A DNA stretch of 64,000 bases, from NCBI RefSeq assembly GCF_058153355.1, contig NZ_CM177019.1. One strand, 5' to 3'. Shown one piece after another: positions 36,037 to 46,568 of this stretch. Made by a program: the position numbers and the translations under genes. Under the pieces are notes generated by a model. The model searched no databases and was not told where the DNA came from. It was given only the letters and a program-made list of their open reading frames with translations. Positions within the stretch are counted from its first letter, which is position 1. Each line of letters begins with the position of its first letter.

Positions 36037-38508
36037 TTAAAAATCAGCCTGACTCGGGATCAGTTTTTGCCAGATTGCTGAAACGTATTTTGCCTGGTAA
36101 CGAGCGTCATCAAGTGCATTATGGCGCTCACCTTCGAATGGAATGGCAGTTCTGGCATCGAAGTCTATGGCTTTCCCCAGCTCAACGATTGTGCGTACAT
36201 CGCGATCGTTGCAGTAGCGCCACGGGCAGGGGATACCCTGTCGTTCGTATGAACGGCGTAAAATCACGTTGTCGAAGTTGGCCCCATTTCCCCAGACCTG
36301 AACAAAAAATTCACCGGAGTTTTCGTCGATAAATTCTCGCAATTGTAACAGTGCATCATCTAACGGGATTTCATCGGTCATAATGGCAGATTGCGCTTCG
36401 CGTGATTGCTTCAGCCACCATTTAATGGTGTCCCGATCAATGACTCCGCCAGCAGTTTCCAGATCGATAGTCTTACTAAATTCCGGTCCCATATCTCCGG
36501 TTTGCGGATCGAAAAATATTGCACCTATTGAGATAATCGGGGCATCAGGATTTTCTCCCATGGTTTCGAGGTCGATCATTAGATGGTCACACGTTCTGCT
36601 GGTGGATGTGATTTCGTGATGACCGTTCACCGTAATTAAGGGATCTGCCGTCTCGCCAGTTTCATTATCGCTGGCGTGGTCCTGAGCGCTGCCAGCATTC
36701 TCCTTGTGTGGATGTTCAGCGCCTTCCATTTCCTCCGGATCATTTTCCTGAACTTCAACCTGATACTCTTCATCGAATGTTTCTTGGTATGTTGCGTCGC
36801 CCATCACCGCGCCACAATCAGGGCAGTTGCCGCCGCCGGTCTGACCGCAGGCGGTGCAGACTTTTTCCACTTCCTGTTGCGCCACTGGTTCAGGCTGTTT
36901 CGTTTCTGGCTCGTTTTGTAACGCATTTGGGCTGTTTTGTTCCGCTTTTTGGTAGTTCCGTTCCGATTCATGCTGGTTCTGGTTCACAGAATCGCGGGTC
37001 TGGCTCCCCTTAACCCATTTCGGATCATTCGGGTCACTAATCCCTTCAACAAATTCACCGCGAGAGGCCGCAAGCAACTTATCGGCGTCAGGCTGGCTGA
37101 TATTGGCTGCCTGCATAATTTTGCTTACTTCGTCAGCTGTAACTTTTACCGGCTCTGGTTGTGCGGTCGTGTCAGATGCACCAGTATTTTGTTGTGAACC
37201 TGAGTATGTACCGTTTTTGCGGGCGAAATATTCTTCTTTCGTGATTTCAGTAGCCCCGGCAGCCAGCGCCTTATCCAGACCAGAAAGTTTGTTTGCGCGA
37301 CCGTATTTTTCGCCATCCTTGTCGGTGAAGAGAAAGTAGAACGGCCCCTCACGCTCTACAGATGGTTTGACTTCCACTTTGCATTCGGTTTTTTCGTTGT
37401 CCGGAATTGCCGTTTCCACTGCATCAGTTTCTGGTACTGGCGACGAGAGAGTATCAGTTGCGCTCTGATTTCTTCCTTCATCTTCAAACACGCCCTTTGT
37501 AGTCAGGTATTCAGTAATGTATTTGTTCAGTGCCACAGGGTCTTTGTGAATGTCGATCGGACGTTCACGGACAAGGCCAAAAATAGTCTGGCGGTCGTAG
37601 CGAAGGGCATCAGGCTGTTTGCGCATTGATGCCGAGATACGCTTCCAGTCTTCGTGGTCGTTGTCGATAACTTCATTTTTTGCCCAGCGATGGATGCTGC
37701 CGTCAATGTTTCCGGCATCCACATCACCAGGCCAGAGAGCGTAGGCCAGTTCGTCATCCAGTGTTTTCCATGTCTGCTTGTATTCGCGATGAGTGGCAGC
37801 AATGACCGGGCTGATTTTTCCTGTTGAATTTTCAGTGTTCTGTTGATTGGCTCTGGCGCGGGCGAGATCAACAACAGACGTGTATTTTCCGGTTTCCTTG
37901 CGTTCACCTTCGCGACGTTTTTTCCAGATGCGCATCTCTGCCTGAATTTCGGGCCATTTGGCACCAGGCTTACATTTATGCTTAACCCACCCGATGGCAT
38001 GCAGCTTAAGCTCCGGATACATGGCGTTAACTTCTGGCATTTTCATCAACGCTTCAACGATATGTCCGTCGAATGTTGCCATGTCTTCCTGCAACAATTC
38101 CTGCGCGCTAATCACCATATCAACGGTGATGTTTTCACATGTGTCGAACTTAACCATGACAGCGTTCTGTACTTCAGGGGCCAGCTTGTCAAAAGTGACG
38201 TTCATCGGATCTGATTCAGTCTCAACCGGGACAAAGGAAGCAGACTCCTCATCCCAGCGGTTTTCCTGCATATATTCAGCATCCCAGGAATCGAGGGCAG
38301 GGCGGGGTATACCGGGTTTATCCTCGCAAACAAGAAATTTATAAGCGCAGTCCTGAGCAGCCGGATAATGTTCCAGGAATTGCCAGTGAAATTTGGCACG
38401 GGCGCGGCGTTCGTCGCCGGCTTCAATGGCAGTGGCTACAGGTTTAGCGCCTTCTTCTTTTGTTGCCTTTTCGTCCGGAATGGCGGCGCAAATAAAGACT
38501 TTACTCAT
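36037..38508 (-). CDS. phage protein with C-terminal DnaQ-like (DEDD) 3'-5' exonuclease domain
   Basis: 823 aa; C-terminus has MIDLETMG and HNALDD exonuclease motifs; central acidic region and a CxxC...CPDC cluster. Confidence 0.55.
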   Translation of the reverse strand: MSKVFICAAIPDEKATKEEGAKPVATAIEAGDERRARAKFHWQFLEHYPAAQDCAYKFLVCEDKPGIPRPALDSWDAEYMQENRWDEESASFVPVETESDPMNVTFDKLAPEVQNAVMVKFDTCENITVDMVISAQELLQEDMATFDGHIVEALMKMPEVNAMYPELKLHAIGWVKHKCKPGAKWPEIQAEMRIWKKRREGERKETGKYTSVVDLARARANQQNTENSTGKISPVIAATHREYKQTWKTLDDELAYALWPGDVDAGNIDGSIHRWAKNEVIDNDHEDWKRISASMRKQPDALRYDRQTIFGLVRERPIDIHKDPVALNKYITEYLTTKGVFEDEGRNQSATDTLSSPVPETDAVETAIPDNEKTECKVEVKPSVEREGPFYFLFTDKDGEKYGRANKLSGLDKALAAGATEITKEEYFARKNGTYSGSQQNTGASDTTAQPEPVKVTADEVSKIMQAANISQPDADKLLAASRGEFVEGISDPNDPKWVKGSQTRDSVNQNQHESERNYQKAEQNSPNALQNEPETKQPEPVAQQEVEKVCTACGQTGGGNCPDCGAVMGDATYQETFDEEYQVEVQENDPEEMEGAEHPHKENAGSAQDHASDNETGETADPLITVNGHHEITSTSRTCDHLMIDLETMGENPDAPIISIGAIFFDPQTGDMGPEFSKTIDLETAGGVIDRDTIKWWLKQSREAQSAIMTDEIPLDDALLQLREFIDENSGEFFVQVWGNGANFDNVILRRSYERQGIPCPWRYCNDRDVRTIVELGKAIDFDARTAIPFEGERHNALDDARYQAKYVSAIWQKLIPSQADF

Positions 38509-38588
38509 TTTGTTTTAACCTCATTACAGATTTAAGGGTGAACAAATCCCTGCCATTGCTGGCATATAAAAATGAAACCGGATATTAA

Positions 38589-38846
38589 TTACGGTGCTGT
38601 TTTAAGTCCTGCCGGGACTTCTTTATTATCCTGGTGAATGATTTTATCAACCGGATAACAGTTACCGGGAATTTTCTGTTCAGCTGCAGCAGCCACGCAT
38701 TCTTTCATGGAGTTGTATACTCCGGTAACCAGTTCAGCTGGTTCGCCCGTATTAAGAATAACGGTCAGAACGAGTGCAAATGCTGTATTCATCGCCAGCA
38801 TCCTTTTTGCATCAGACGCAAACGAGCCAGCATTGAAACAATGCAT
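38589..38846 (-). CDS. hypothetical small phage protein
   Basis: ORF with a possible signal peptide from an internal Met (MNTAFALVLTVIL); start uncertain. Confidence 0.3.
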   Translation of the reverse strand: MHCFNAGSFASDAKRMLAMNTAFALVLTVILNTGEPAELVTGVYNSMKECVAAAAEQKIPGNCYPVDKIIHQDNKEVPAGLKTAP

Positions 38847-38987
38847 ATTTTATTTAATGACTCCCGTTCGTGTTTTCTCTTGTTAATGGCATCTTCAGTA
38901 AATACCGTGTTACTGATAGTGACACCAATTTCAAAACAACCTTCAGACGTATTAACGTTTGGTAATAACGTTTCCATTATCGCGTCC

Positions 38988-39545
38988 TCAACAATGAATT
39001 TTGAGTAATTGCTCTACAGTCATATTTTTAATTGCGCCCCGGTTAACAAGAGTCCATCCCTGTTCTTCCAGATAAAACCGGAAAGTCTCCATGGTACAGA
39101 CCCGTGCGCCATCAGGGACGGTTTCGGTGAATCTGATGTTGCCGCGTTCGTCGAAGTGAACAACCAGGGTGCGGCCATCGCCTGGAATTATTTTGTCAGT
39201 GGGTGGGGTGTTATTCTGGCGCAGCTCGGCCTCCATGCGGTCGAACTCAGCAATGTAGGTTTCTTTGAATGCAGCGGCTTTTTTGCCTGTGAAGCCCATC
39301 ACCAGGAAAACGAAGCCGTTTTTGGTGATTTGGTACATTGGGCGTTTTTCGCCTTTGGCGTCGGTATAGGTGACGGGCTTAAAATTAAGCCGGTTAAACT
39401 CCGGCGAGCATTCGAGAGTTTCGATCTTCTGAATAACGTTTTTGTGCATTTTCCGGAAGAACTCCGCAACCGCAACAGACGTAGTGACAGCGCGACCATT
39501 TTCGATGGTTACGTCAGGGTGAGAAAGGGTAAGGATAGTAGCCAT
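38988..39545 (-). CDS. Rha-family phage regulatory protein
   Basis: Start placed at MATILTLSHPDVTIENGRAVTTSVAVAEFF within ORF 38988-39839. Confidence 0.55.
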   Translation of the reverse strand: MATILTLSHPDVTIENGRAVTTSVAVAEFFRKMHKNVIQKIETLECSPEFNRLNFKPVTYTDAKGEKRPMYQITKNGFVFLVMGFTGKKAAAFKETYIAEFDRMEAELRQNNTPPTDKIIPGDGRTLVVHFDERGNIRFTETVPDGARVCTMETFRFYLEEQGWTLVNRGAIKNMTVEQLLKIHC

Positions 39546-40392
39546 GATGGCAGCCTCGATAGTCAGTTTAAATAACTCACCACCAGAGGTAGCAATCTCA
39601 TGGGTGGTGAGACGCACAGGGTTGCTACAACCGGTGACTACCGAAACCGGCCAGCCTTGCGGCTGCCCTGCACGCCCCACCATAATCTGAATGTGGCTGT
39701 GCTTGACGCATAAAAAAACCGCCTGAGCGCGGTTATGCGCAGTAGTCATCGTCGGGGTAGCAATCCCGGCACCCGTTTTATGAGGTGCAGGTGCACTATA
39801 ATTCCACCCGTTCTGGTTTTCAATAGCTACATTCAACATTTTCTCTTTCCTTTCATCACCGAAGTGAACTTTGTTGATGCGGTGCCTGGTGCCTCCAGGT
39901 GACGTTAACCAGTTAACAATTAACGCCGGAATAAGGGATTTTCCTTACTGTTTTAACTGTTCCGCGTGCGCTGAGCCGCATTCACCGCATCACAAAATTC
40001 ACTTTAAAAAGGGCGGACATCAGCCAGCAATTAAACCGATGCCGCCAAAGGTAATCAACATGGGTTGTTGCAGCGGGGTTGTCGCTCAGGCGTATGGTCA
40101 ACCTGACAACCCGGTGGACATTTGCGAGGAACGGAGAACCCCCGCCATACTTACCGCCGCGCCATTTCGCGGATTGCCACAACCGGAAGCGCACGGTCGA
40201 AGAAAATTTAACGACAGGCTATCTATGAACCAGCAACCTCGCCGTGCGCTTTCGCGTTATGCTCTGACTTTTCAGGGAAATATCCTTTCAGTAAACTGTC
40301 AGTGCCGGATACTCACCCGTGTCCGGCGCACCTACTCCACCTTACCCGTGGAGAACTCCTTAATTACCAACCTTAGCTTCGTTGGTTAGCTA

Positions 40393-40611
40393 TTAACGCG
40401 GGTATGTAATCATTCTGGCAATGCTTAATGCCGCTGCTTTTTCCAGATTGGTGATATCCTGCTCCAGAGCAGACAGATTTTCGGCCTGCTTAGCCCTGGC
40501 TTTATTGGCCCATTTCAGGTCCTGCGCTGCCTTAATTTTCTGGCGCATCCACTCATAAAGTTCATCATCGGTATAGTCTGGCGCGATGATGACGGGTTCT
40601 CGTTTCTGCAT
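40393..40611 (-). CDS. hypothetical phage protein
   Basis: Start placed at internal Met (MQKREPVIIAPDY) preceded by AGGA; ORF track gives 40393-40773. Confidence 0.35.
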   Translation of the reverse strand: MQKREPVIIAPDYTDDELYEWMRQKIKAAQDLKWANKARAKQAENLSALEQDITNLEKAAALSIARMITYPR

Positions 40612-40769
40612 ACTGATTCCTCGCGTGCTGTTTCGCTTATCAGCCGTTAGATTTTGCCGAACTGGAAAGCGCCTGTTTAAATTCGCTGAAGCTGAGAGCT
40701 TCTTCGCCTTCGGCAAGGCCTTCGAAGTATTCTTCGTAAGCCTTTTCCATGATTGTGTCGAAATCCATA

Positions 40770-40925
40770 TCATTCACCTGAGTTTCTTTCCAGCCAGCGA
40801 CGGGCACCATTTTCGGTTTTAAACGTTTTGCTTCTGGTATACGTCATCGCGGTGAACGTGCCGTCCTGGTTTGGAAACACGCCGTACACCAGAGATTCGT
40901 TGTTGCCAAGATCAATAGTATCCAT
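40770..40925 (-). CDS. hypothetical phage protein
   Basis: Start placed at MDTIDLGNNESLVYGVF preceded by GAGG; ORF track gives 40770-40964. Confidence 0.35.
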   Translation of the reverse strand: MDTIDLGNNESLVYGVFPNQDGTFTAMTYTRSKTFKTENGARRWLERNSGE

Positions 40926-41129
40926 GCTGACCTCATTTCCCCTTAACGCCGGGTGGCGGAACAAAAAACCTGCTGCATAGTTAAAGATTGAACCCTGCCG
41001 TCATGTTCTTACGCCTCGGGCTGGCTACTTAACCCCTGACCACTGCCTGGTAACTCGAAGTATTGCCCTGCGTTCTGTGGGGCGGGGTGGGTTGACGCCT
41101 GGAACAATAGCATCATTATTTTTTGATGT

Positions 41130-41150
41130 AAATAGCATCGCTATTGTTTT
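41130..41150. promoter_or_regulatory. operator-like palindrome AATAGCATCGCTATT (candidate OL)
   Basis: Same palindrome recurs in the cI-cro intergenic region. Confidence 0.4.
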
Positions 41151-41201
41151 TTGTTGGGGCAAGAAAAAACCACCCTAAGGTGGTTCTGTCGGCGGGAATA
41201 A

Positions 41202-41492
41202 TTAACTGTTTTTGCCTGGATACTGTCTTCGAGAATGCACAATATTTACTACTTCTATGCTTGATGCTGTTACTCGGTAAAGGATGATGTAGTTAGGATG
41301 AGTTACAATTTCACGAAGACCAAGAACTCGCTCGCTTGGAGGATACAGGTAAGGATGCTCTGTGAGCGGCAAAACGGATGTTTCAATTCGAATTTTCATT
41401 CTGCGTGCTGCCGCGGGATTTTCTTTAGCTATGTAGGCTACGATCTGGCGCAAATCATCACGAGCAGATGGTAGCCATAAAACGGGTAACAT
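41202..41492 (-). CDS. RelE/ParE-family toxin
   Basis: 96-aa ORF with RelE/ParE-like composition, overlapping the upstream 64-aa antitoxin ORF. Confidence 0.6.
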   Translation of the reverse strand: MLPVLWLPSARDDLRQIVAYIAKENPAAARRMKIRIETSVLPLTEHPYLYPPSERVLGLREIVTHPNYIILYRVTASSIEVVNIVHSRRQYPGKNS

Positions 41493-41686
41493 TATTCACC
41501 TCTGTGAGTCGCAGCAGCAATTTGGGCAATAATTTGTTCCATTTCCGCCATTACCTCATCATGCGGAATCGCCGGGCGGGGATCCGCGAGGCTTGCTGCT
41601 ACTTTGGCCCGCAGCCATTCGTTGTAACTATTTTCTTGCTCAACTGTCTCAAATTCTGAAACCATTGGGGAAAGGACTGTACTCAT
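41492..41686 (-). CDS. antitoxin partner of the RelE/ParE-family toxin
   Basis: 64-aa ORF immediately upstream of and overlapping the toxin ORF. Confidence 0.5.
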   Translation of the reverse strand: MSTVLSPMVSEFETVEQENSYNEWLRAKVAASLADPRPAIPHDEVMAEMEQIIAQIAAATHRGE

Positions 41687-41705
41687 TTTACATATCTCCT
41701 CTGAT

Positions 41706-42206
41706 TTAGGCGCGACGGCCTTTTTGTGCAGCTAACCACCGCGCAACCGTACGATCCATTGATTCTTTTTTATCTTTCATCTCCTGAAGCATGTGCTCTT
41801 GATCTTCTTTCGGAAAAGCTCTGAACGTATGGATTAAATCTCGTTCCATCGGCTCTACGGCAAACGGTAGTTCATCCTCTGTTTGTTCTGTGTCTGCTGG
41901 TAATGCGACTATGTTATCTTGCTGTGGTTCTCGACAATACATCCTTGCAATTTGCAGCAAATCTGCCATGTCTGGCCTGATTGACTCAGGGGGAACTTTC
42001 AGTAAGCCAGCAAACTTTAGAACAGCCTCAAGGTTTAGTGGGGTTTGACCATTTAGGTAGTGACTTACCGCCCCTTGTGTTGAAAACCCCATAATTTCCG
42101 CCGCACGTTCCTGAGTCAATCCCAACTGAGATTTCTTTGCCATCCAGATTTCTTTCAGTCTTCTGGCGGCGTTTAGGTCGGTGTCTGACAGTGATTTTCT
42201 TTTCAT
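41706..42206 (-). CDS. CI-like HTH prophage repressor
   Basis: Start placed at MKRKSLSDTDLNAARRLKEIW in ORF 41706-42236; divergent from a Cro-like gene across a palindrome-rich intergenic region. Confidence 0.6.
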   Translation of the reverse strand: MKRKSLSDTDLNAARRLKEIWMAKKSQLGLTQERAAEIMGFSTQGAVSHYLNGQTPLNLEAVLKFAGLLKVPPESIRPDMADLLQIARMYCREPQQDNIVALPADTEQTEDELPFAVEPMERDLIHTFRAFPKEDQEHMLQEMKDKKESMDRTVARWLAAQKGRRA

Positions 42207-42244
42207 ACATCCAATTCTAATAAGATTGCTAATCACTTTGAAAT

Positions 42245-42290
42245 AGCATCGCTATTTACTTTTAAAAATAACAGTGCTATTAATTATGCG
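42245..42290. promoter_or_regulatory. cI-cro intergenic operators (AATAGCATCGCTATT and ATAACAGTGCTATTA)
   Basis: Two related palindromes between divergent repressor genes. Confidence 0.45.
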
Positions 42291-42317
42291 TTGGTAACAC
42301 ATCACATAGGGCGGATT

Positions 42318-42581
42318 ATGAATCTTGGAGAATATTTGCATCATTTTCATATAACCCAGAGTTCATTTGCTGAGATTGTTGGCGCATCCCAGGGGATGGT
42401 CAGCCACGTTATAACGGGGCGTGCAAAACTTACAGGAGAAAAAATATTACGTTGGTGTGAAGCAACGGGATGGGTGGTGACCCCACATGAGATTGACAGT
42501 AAAACCTACCCCAACCCAACTGACGGCTTGCCTGCTGAGTTTCAGGCTAACACACAACCATCGGCGGGGGTTGATTCATGA
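42318..42581 (+). CDS. Cro/YdaS-like HTH regulator
   Basis: Start placed at MNLGEYLHHFHITQSSFAEIVGASQGMVSH within ORF 42291-42581. Confidence 0.55.
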   Translation: MNLGEYLHHFHITQSSFAEIVGASQGMVSHVITGRAKLTGEKILRWCEATGWVVTPHEIDSKTYPNPTDGLPAEFQANTQPSAGVDS

Positions 42582-43003
42582 AAACCAAGCATGAGCACAT
42601 CCGTATGGCGATGAATGCATGGGCATATCCTGATGGTGAGAAAGTTCCGGCGGCTGAGATAGCCCGGACTTATTTCGAACTGGGGATGACGTTCCCTGAA
42701 CTGTACGACGACAGCCATCCGGAAGCCCTGGCTCGCAATACCCAGAAAATTTTCCGCTGGATAGAGAAAGACACCCCTGATGCTGTTAAAAAAATTCAGG
42801 CGTTGTTACCAGCGATCGAAAAGGCAATGCCGCCTCCGCTGGTGGCCCGAATGCGCAGCCACAGTTCAGCTTATTTTCGGGAGCTGGTGGAGACGCGGGA
42901 GCGACTGGTGAGAGACGCTGATGATTTTGTCGCAGTGGCAATCGCCGGTTTCAATCAGATGAACCGTGGTGGCCCGGCAGGAAATGCTGTGGCAGTACAT
43001 TGA
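42578..43003 (+). CDS. CII/YdaT-like early regulatory protein
   Basis: 141-aa ORF immediately after the Cro-like gene, overlapping start/stop. Confidence 0.35.
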   Translation: MKTKHEHIRMAMNAWAYPDGEKVPAAEIARTYFELGMTFPELYDDSHPEALARNTQKIFRWIEKDTPDAVKKIQALLPAIEKAMPPPLVARMRSHSSAYFRELVETRERLVRDADDFVAVAIAGFNQMNRGGPAGNAVAVH

Positions 43004-43074
43004 CTGACAATAGCCATATCGAATTGCTTCCGGCAACTCGTGAGTAAAAAGATTCGGTATCAGAAGAGGTGAGT

Positions 43075-44127
43075 ATGGCTAACGCCTGGCTCAGATTATG
43101 GCATGACATGCCAAATGACCCTAAGTGGCGAACAATTGCCAGGGTGTCAGGGCAGACAATTGCAACAGTGATGGCTGTGTATATCCACCTTCTGGTGAGC
43201 GCGTCACGAAATGTCACGACATGTCACGGCGTGTCACTACGTGGTCACATTGATGTCACGACGGAAGATTTAGCAAGTGCGCTTGATGTGACGGAAGAAG
43301 TAATTGATTCAATTTTACAGGCAATGCAGGGGCGGGTACTTGATGGAGATTTAATCTCTGGATGGGAAAAACGCCAGGTACTGAAAGAGGACAATGGCAA
43401 CGTTTCACAAACCGCGAAATCCCCGGCAGAGCGCAAGAGAGCGCAGCGCGAGAGGGAAAAATTACGAAAACAGAATGAGGGGGGGCATGACGAGTCACGC
43501 ATATGTCACGACATGTCACGACGAGTCACGACAGATAAAGATACAGATAAAGATACAGATAAAGAATTAAACCCCACACATAACGCGCGCGTGCGCGAGA
43601 GTGCTCCGACCAGTGAGTCGAATGGCGTGCTGTTGCAGGCAGCGGAACCTGATTACCTGGAAGGCCTGAGCGAACCCATCGGGAAATTTCCGATGACTGA
43701 TGGCTGGCATCCGTCGCCGGATTTTCGACGGCGGGCAGCTCTGTGGGGAGTAGCTCTGCCGGAGCCGGAATTTACACCAGCTGAACTTGCCGCCTTCCGG
43801 GACTACTGGGCAGCGGAGGGTAAAGTTTTCACGCAGGTTCAGTGGGAGCAGAAATTCGCCCGTCACGTAAATCACGTCAGGGCGCAGGTTAAACCAGTCA
43901 GCAAGGGGGTGAGCCATGCAGCAGCACCAGGCGGCACCGCATCACGGGCAGTTCAGGAAATTCGGGCAGCACGTGAGCAGTGGGAACGTGAAAACGGATT
44001 TATCAGCGACGGAAACGGCGTGGAAGCTGTGGGAACTCATGGGGGAGGTTTATTCGAACCGCTGGACCCGGAAGAACGGGGCCGCACCTTCGAAGCTCTG
44101 GATTGCACAGATTGGCGTGATGACTGA
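43075..44127 (+). CDS. phage replication initiation protein (O-like) with internal iterons
   Basis: Start at ATG preceded by GAGGTG; coding sequence contains GTCACG repeat clusters and GATAAAGATACA tandem repeats. Confidence 0.5.
   Translation: MANAWLRLWHDMPNDPKWRTIARVSGQTIATVMAVYIHLLVSASRNVTTCHGVSLRGHIDVTTEDLASALDVTEEVIDSILQAMQGRVLDGDLISGWEKRQVLKEDNGNVSQTAKSPAERKRAQREREKLRKQNEGGHDESRICHDMSRRVTTDKDTDKDTDKELNPTHNARVRESAPTSESNGVLLQAAEPDYLEGLSEPIGKFPMTDGWHPSPDFRRRAALWGVALPEPEFTPAELAAFRDYWAAEGKVFTQVQWEQKFARHVNHVRAQVKPVSKGVSHAAAPGGTASRAVQEIRAAREQWERENGFISDGNGVEAVGTHGGGLFEPLDPEERGRTFEALDCTDWRDD
43190..43570 (+). repeat. candidate phage origin iterons (GTCACG clusters; tandem GATAAAGATACA)
   Basis: Two clusters of GTCACG-type repeats plus three tandem 12-mers inside the O-like gene. 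Confidence 0.5.
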
Positions 44128-44581
44128 GCAGCAAATCCGACAGGTCTGCCGCCAGTGCATGGACCGCTGCCGGGCGGGTGAAACATGGCCTCCGGACCTG
44201 GCTGAGTTTGTGGCGCTGATTTCGGAAAGCGGGGCCAATCCATTCGGTCTGACGGTGGATGCCGTGATGGAGGAGTACCGCCGCTGGCGCAATGAGTCCT
44301 GGCGATACGACGGAAGCGATAAATACCCGTGGTCTCAGCCTGTGCTGTATCACATTTGCCTCGAAATGCGGGCAAAAGGGGTTGAGCGTCAGATGACCGA
44401 AGGGGAGTTAAAACGACTTGCAGAACGGCAACTGACGAAATGGGCAAAACATGTTGGTATGGGTCTGAGTGTTCCACCCGTCCGGCGGCAACTGGCAGCC
44501 CCCAAACGTCCTGCGGGACCAACACCAATTGAGTTGCTGAAACAGGAGTATGAACGCCGGAAGGCAGCTGGTTTTGTATGA
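44120..44581 (+). CDS. phage replication-associated protein (P-like position)
   Basis: Start placed at [13 protein letters not shown] overlapping the O-like stop; assigned by position only. Confidence 0.3.
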   Translation: MTEQQIRQVCRQCMDRCRAGETWPPDLAEFVALISESGANPFGLTVDAVMEEYRRWRNESWRYDGSDKYPWSQPVLYHICLEMRAKGVERQMTEGELKRLAERQLTKWAKHVGMGLSVPPVRRQLAAPKRPAGPTPIELLKQEYERRKAAGFV

Positions 44582-44611
44582 ATTGTGAAGGTGATTTTTT
44601 CAGGAGGATTT

Positions 44612-45034
44612 ATGGCGAAACCTTTTACTCCCGAACAGCGGGAAGAACTGAAGACGCGAATTGTGGAACTCGTGCATCAGGACGGTCGGGTCACGATTCG
44701 GCAGTTGTCAGATGAAACAGGTATCAGTCGTGCGTCTGTCGGTCGCTTATGCATGGAACTGGTCGCAAGTGGTGATGTATATAATTCTGGCTACGGCTTA
44801 TTCCCGTCTGAACAGGCTCGCAAGGACTGGCAAAGCGCCCGCAAAAAACTCTCGAGAGTAAAGGTGAGGAAACCGGTTGTTGTTGATCCGGACCTTATCT
44901 GGTCATTACCAGACGGAGAAATACGTCGTTACAACAGACGACAGAACATAATCTGTCGCGAGTGCCGGAATAGTGAAGTTATGCAGCGTGTACTGGCTTT
45001 CTATCAGGGGAATTTTCAGGAGGCGGCGCAGTGA
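44612..45034 (+). CDS. hypothetical phage protein
   Basis: Start placed at MAKPFTPEQ preceded by AGGAGG. Confidence 0.4.
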   Translation: MAKPFTPEQREELKTRIVELVHQDGRVTIRQLSDETGISRASVGRLCMELVASGDVYNSGYGLFPSEQARKDWQSARKKLSRVKVRKPVVVDPDLIWSLPDGEIRRYNRRQNIICRECRNSEVMQRVLAFYQGNFQEAAQ

Positions 45035-45231
45035 GCAGGATTGACTACCAGGAATTGGCTGCTGCTAATGCTTTCCTGGCGGATGTGCGGGCGGTAGCGT
45101 TTAACGACCTTTGCGCGGCGTTTGTCAGGCACGCAAAAGTTGCAGGGCTGGATGATGGCGATACCGTAACGCTTAAGGAAGCGACAGATTCGCTGCTGCA
45201 TTGTGCGGAACAGCTTCGTACATCTGAATAA
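45031..45231 (+). CDS. hypothetical phage protein
   Basis: 66-aa ORF coupled to the upstream gene. Confidence 0.3.
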   Translation: MSRIDYQELAAANAFLADVRAVAFNDLCAAFVRHAKVAGLDDGDTVTLKEATDSLLHCAEQLRTSE

Positions 45232-45327
45232 TTAAATTTAGCACTGTAAATAAAATTTAATCCTTAACCGGAGGGATTTCTGCACCCTCAGAACATCAGG
45301 AGGCCGCCCGAAAGGGCAGTAATAAAA

Positions 45328-46173
45328 ATGGCTGAATTAACCAGAGAGCAATTAATCGAAGAAGCTAAATTAAAAATAGCAATTGCGGAATGCCACCCCA
45401 ATTCAGGGATGGCACAGGTAGAGTGCGAGTTATTCAAAATTGCACTGGCATCACTGGAAGCAGAGCCGGTTGCTTATATTTTCAAACATCCGGCCGGGAA
45501 ATTATTCTGGTCTTTAACAGACGAAAGTAATAAAGGACAGTCAGATGTTATGCCTGTTTATGCTGCCGCGCCTGCGTCAGTTGTGCCGGATAATGCATCA
45601 GGGTCTCTTGCTTATGCTTACAAAGAGCTTACGCCTGAGATTATGCGCGGTCATATCGCTGTATTCGAGCGATATGGAATAGCCCCAAACGATAGCTCGA
45701 CCACAATTCAGGCACTGCGAATCGCGCTGGATGGTATAGAGCGGAGCGACTCCATGCTTTATGGGCGTCAGCCATGCCATCAAATTACCGCCGCAATGGC
45801 AAAAGCCATTGCGCTTAAACTTGGTGCTGAACTGAATAACGAAGAAGCAGAGATTTTCGCGGATGGGTATAACGCCGCTGTGCTTCATGGTGTCGAACCT
45901 GTAAGCCAGACTTACAAGTTGAATGAGATGTCGGGCAACTCTCCGGTAACTCCGGGCGGTTGGATAAGCTGTAGTGAGCGAATGCCTGAGAAGCATCAGA
46001 ATGTGCTTATTTCGGTGAATTTCGATAGCTCTCTGGTTGAGCCGCTAATATGTTCAGCACGCTATACCGGAAGCACATTTCGGCGCGGAGATGCAACGGT
46101 TAAGCCGGGTAATGATATTGAACAGGCAACCCACTGGATGCCGCTACCAGAACCGCCTCAGGAGGTGAACTGA
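45328..46173 (+). CDS. hypothetical phage protein
   Basis: 281-aa ORF in the early-right region. Confidence 0.4.
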   Translation: MAELTREQLIEEAKLKIAIAECHPNSGMAQVECELFKIALASLEAEPVAYIFKHPAGKLFWSLTDESNKGQSDVMPVYAAAPASVVPDNASGSLAYAYKELTPEIMRGHIAVFERYGIAPNDSSTTIQALRIALDGIERSDSMLYGRQPCHQITAAMAKAIALKLGAELNNEEAEIFADGYNAAVLHGVEPVSQTYKLNEMSGNSPVTPGGWISCSERMPEKHQNVLISVNFDSSLVEPLICSARYTGSTFRRGDATVKPGNDIEQATHWMPLPEPPQEVN

Positions 46174-46568
46174 TGAAAAATGAAACCGACAATGTTATCA
46201 CCCTGGTACAGCCAAAACGCGATGAAGAGAAGCTGCTGAACATTACAGTAACTGACAGAAAAAACTACATACAACAGAGATGTAAGCATCGGGCTGTTGA
46301 GGTTCACGAACCGGATCGCGTTATCCTGTGTTTACAGTGCGGATGTGCTGTAGACCCTTTCCAGTACGTTCTGCAGTGCGCGAACGATGGCGAGGCTGTG
46401 GTGAAAGAGATTAAGCAGCTTCATAACAGGCGTGATCAGCTTCGCGAATCCGTTGCCAACCTTGAGCGCGAAGAAAAGAACGCCAAAGCACGGTTACGAG
46501 CAGCAAGGACTGCAATATTGTATGCGGAAAATGATCTTAAAAATATTGAGCAGGAGGTGAATCGATGA
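46173..46568 (+). CDS. hypothetical phage protein
   Basis: 131-aa ORF coupled to the upstream gene; coiled-coil-like C-terminus. Confidence 0.35.
   Translation: MKNETDNVITLVQPKRDEEKLLNITVTDRKNYIQQRCKHRAVEVHEPDRVILCLQCGCAVDPFQYVLQCANDGEAVVKEIKQLHNRRDQLRESVANLEREEKNAKARLRAARTAILYAENDLKNIEQEVNR

Noticed and set aside
39871-40389. 172-aa plus-strand ORF between the Rha-like gene and the small early genes
   Set aside because: Begins inside the 5' extension of the Rha ORF, has no ribosome-binding site and odd composition; probably noncoding.
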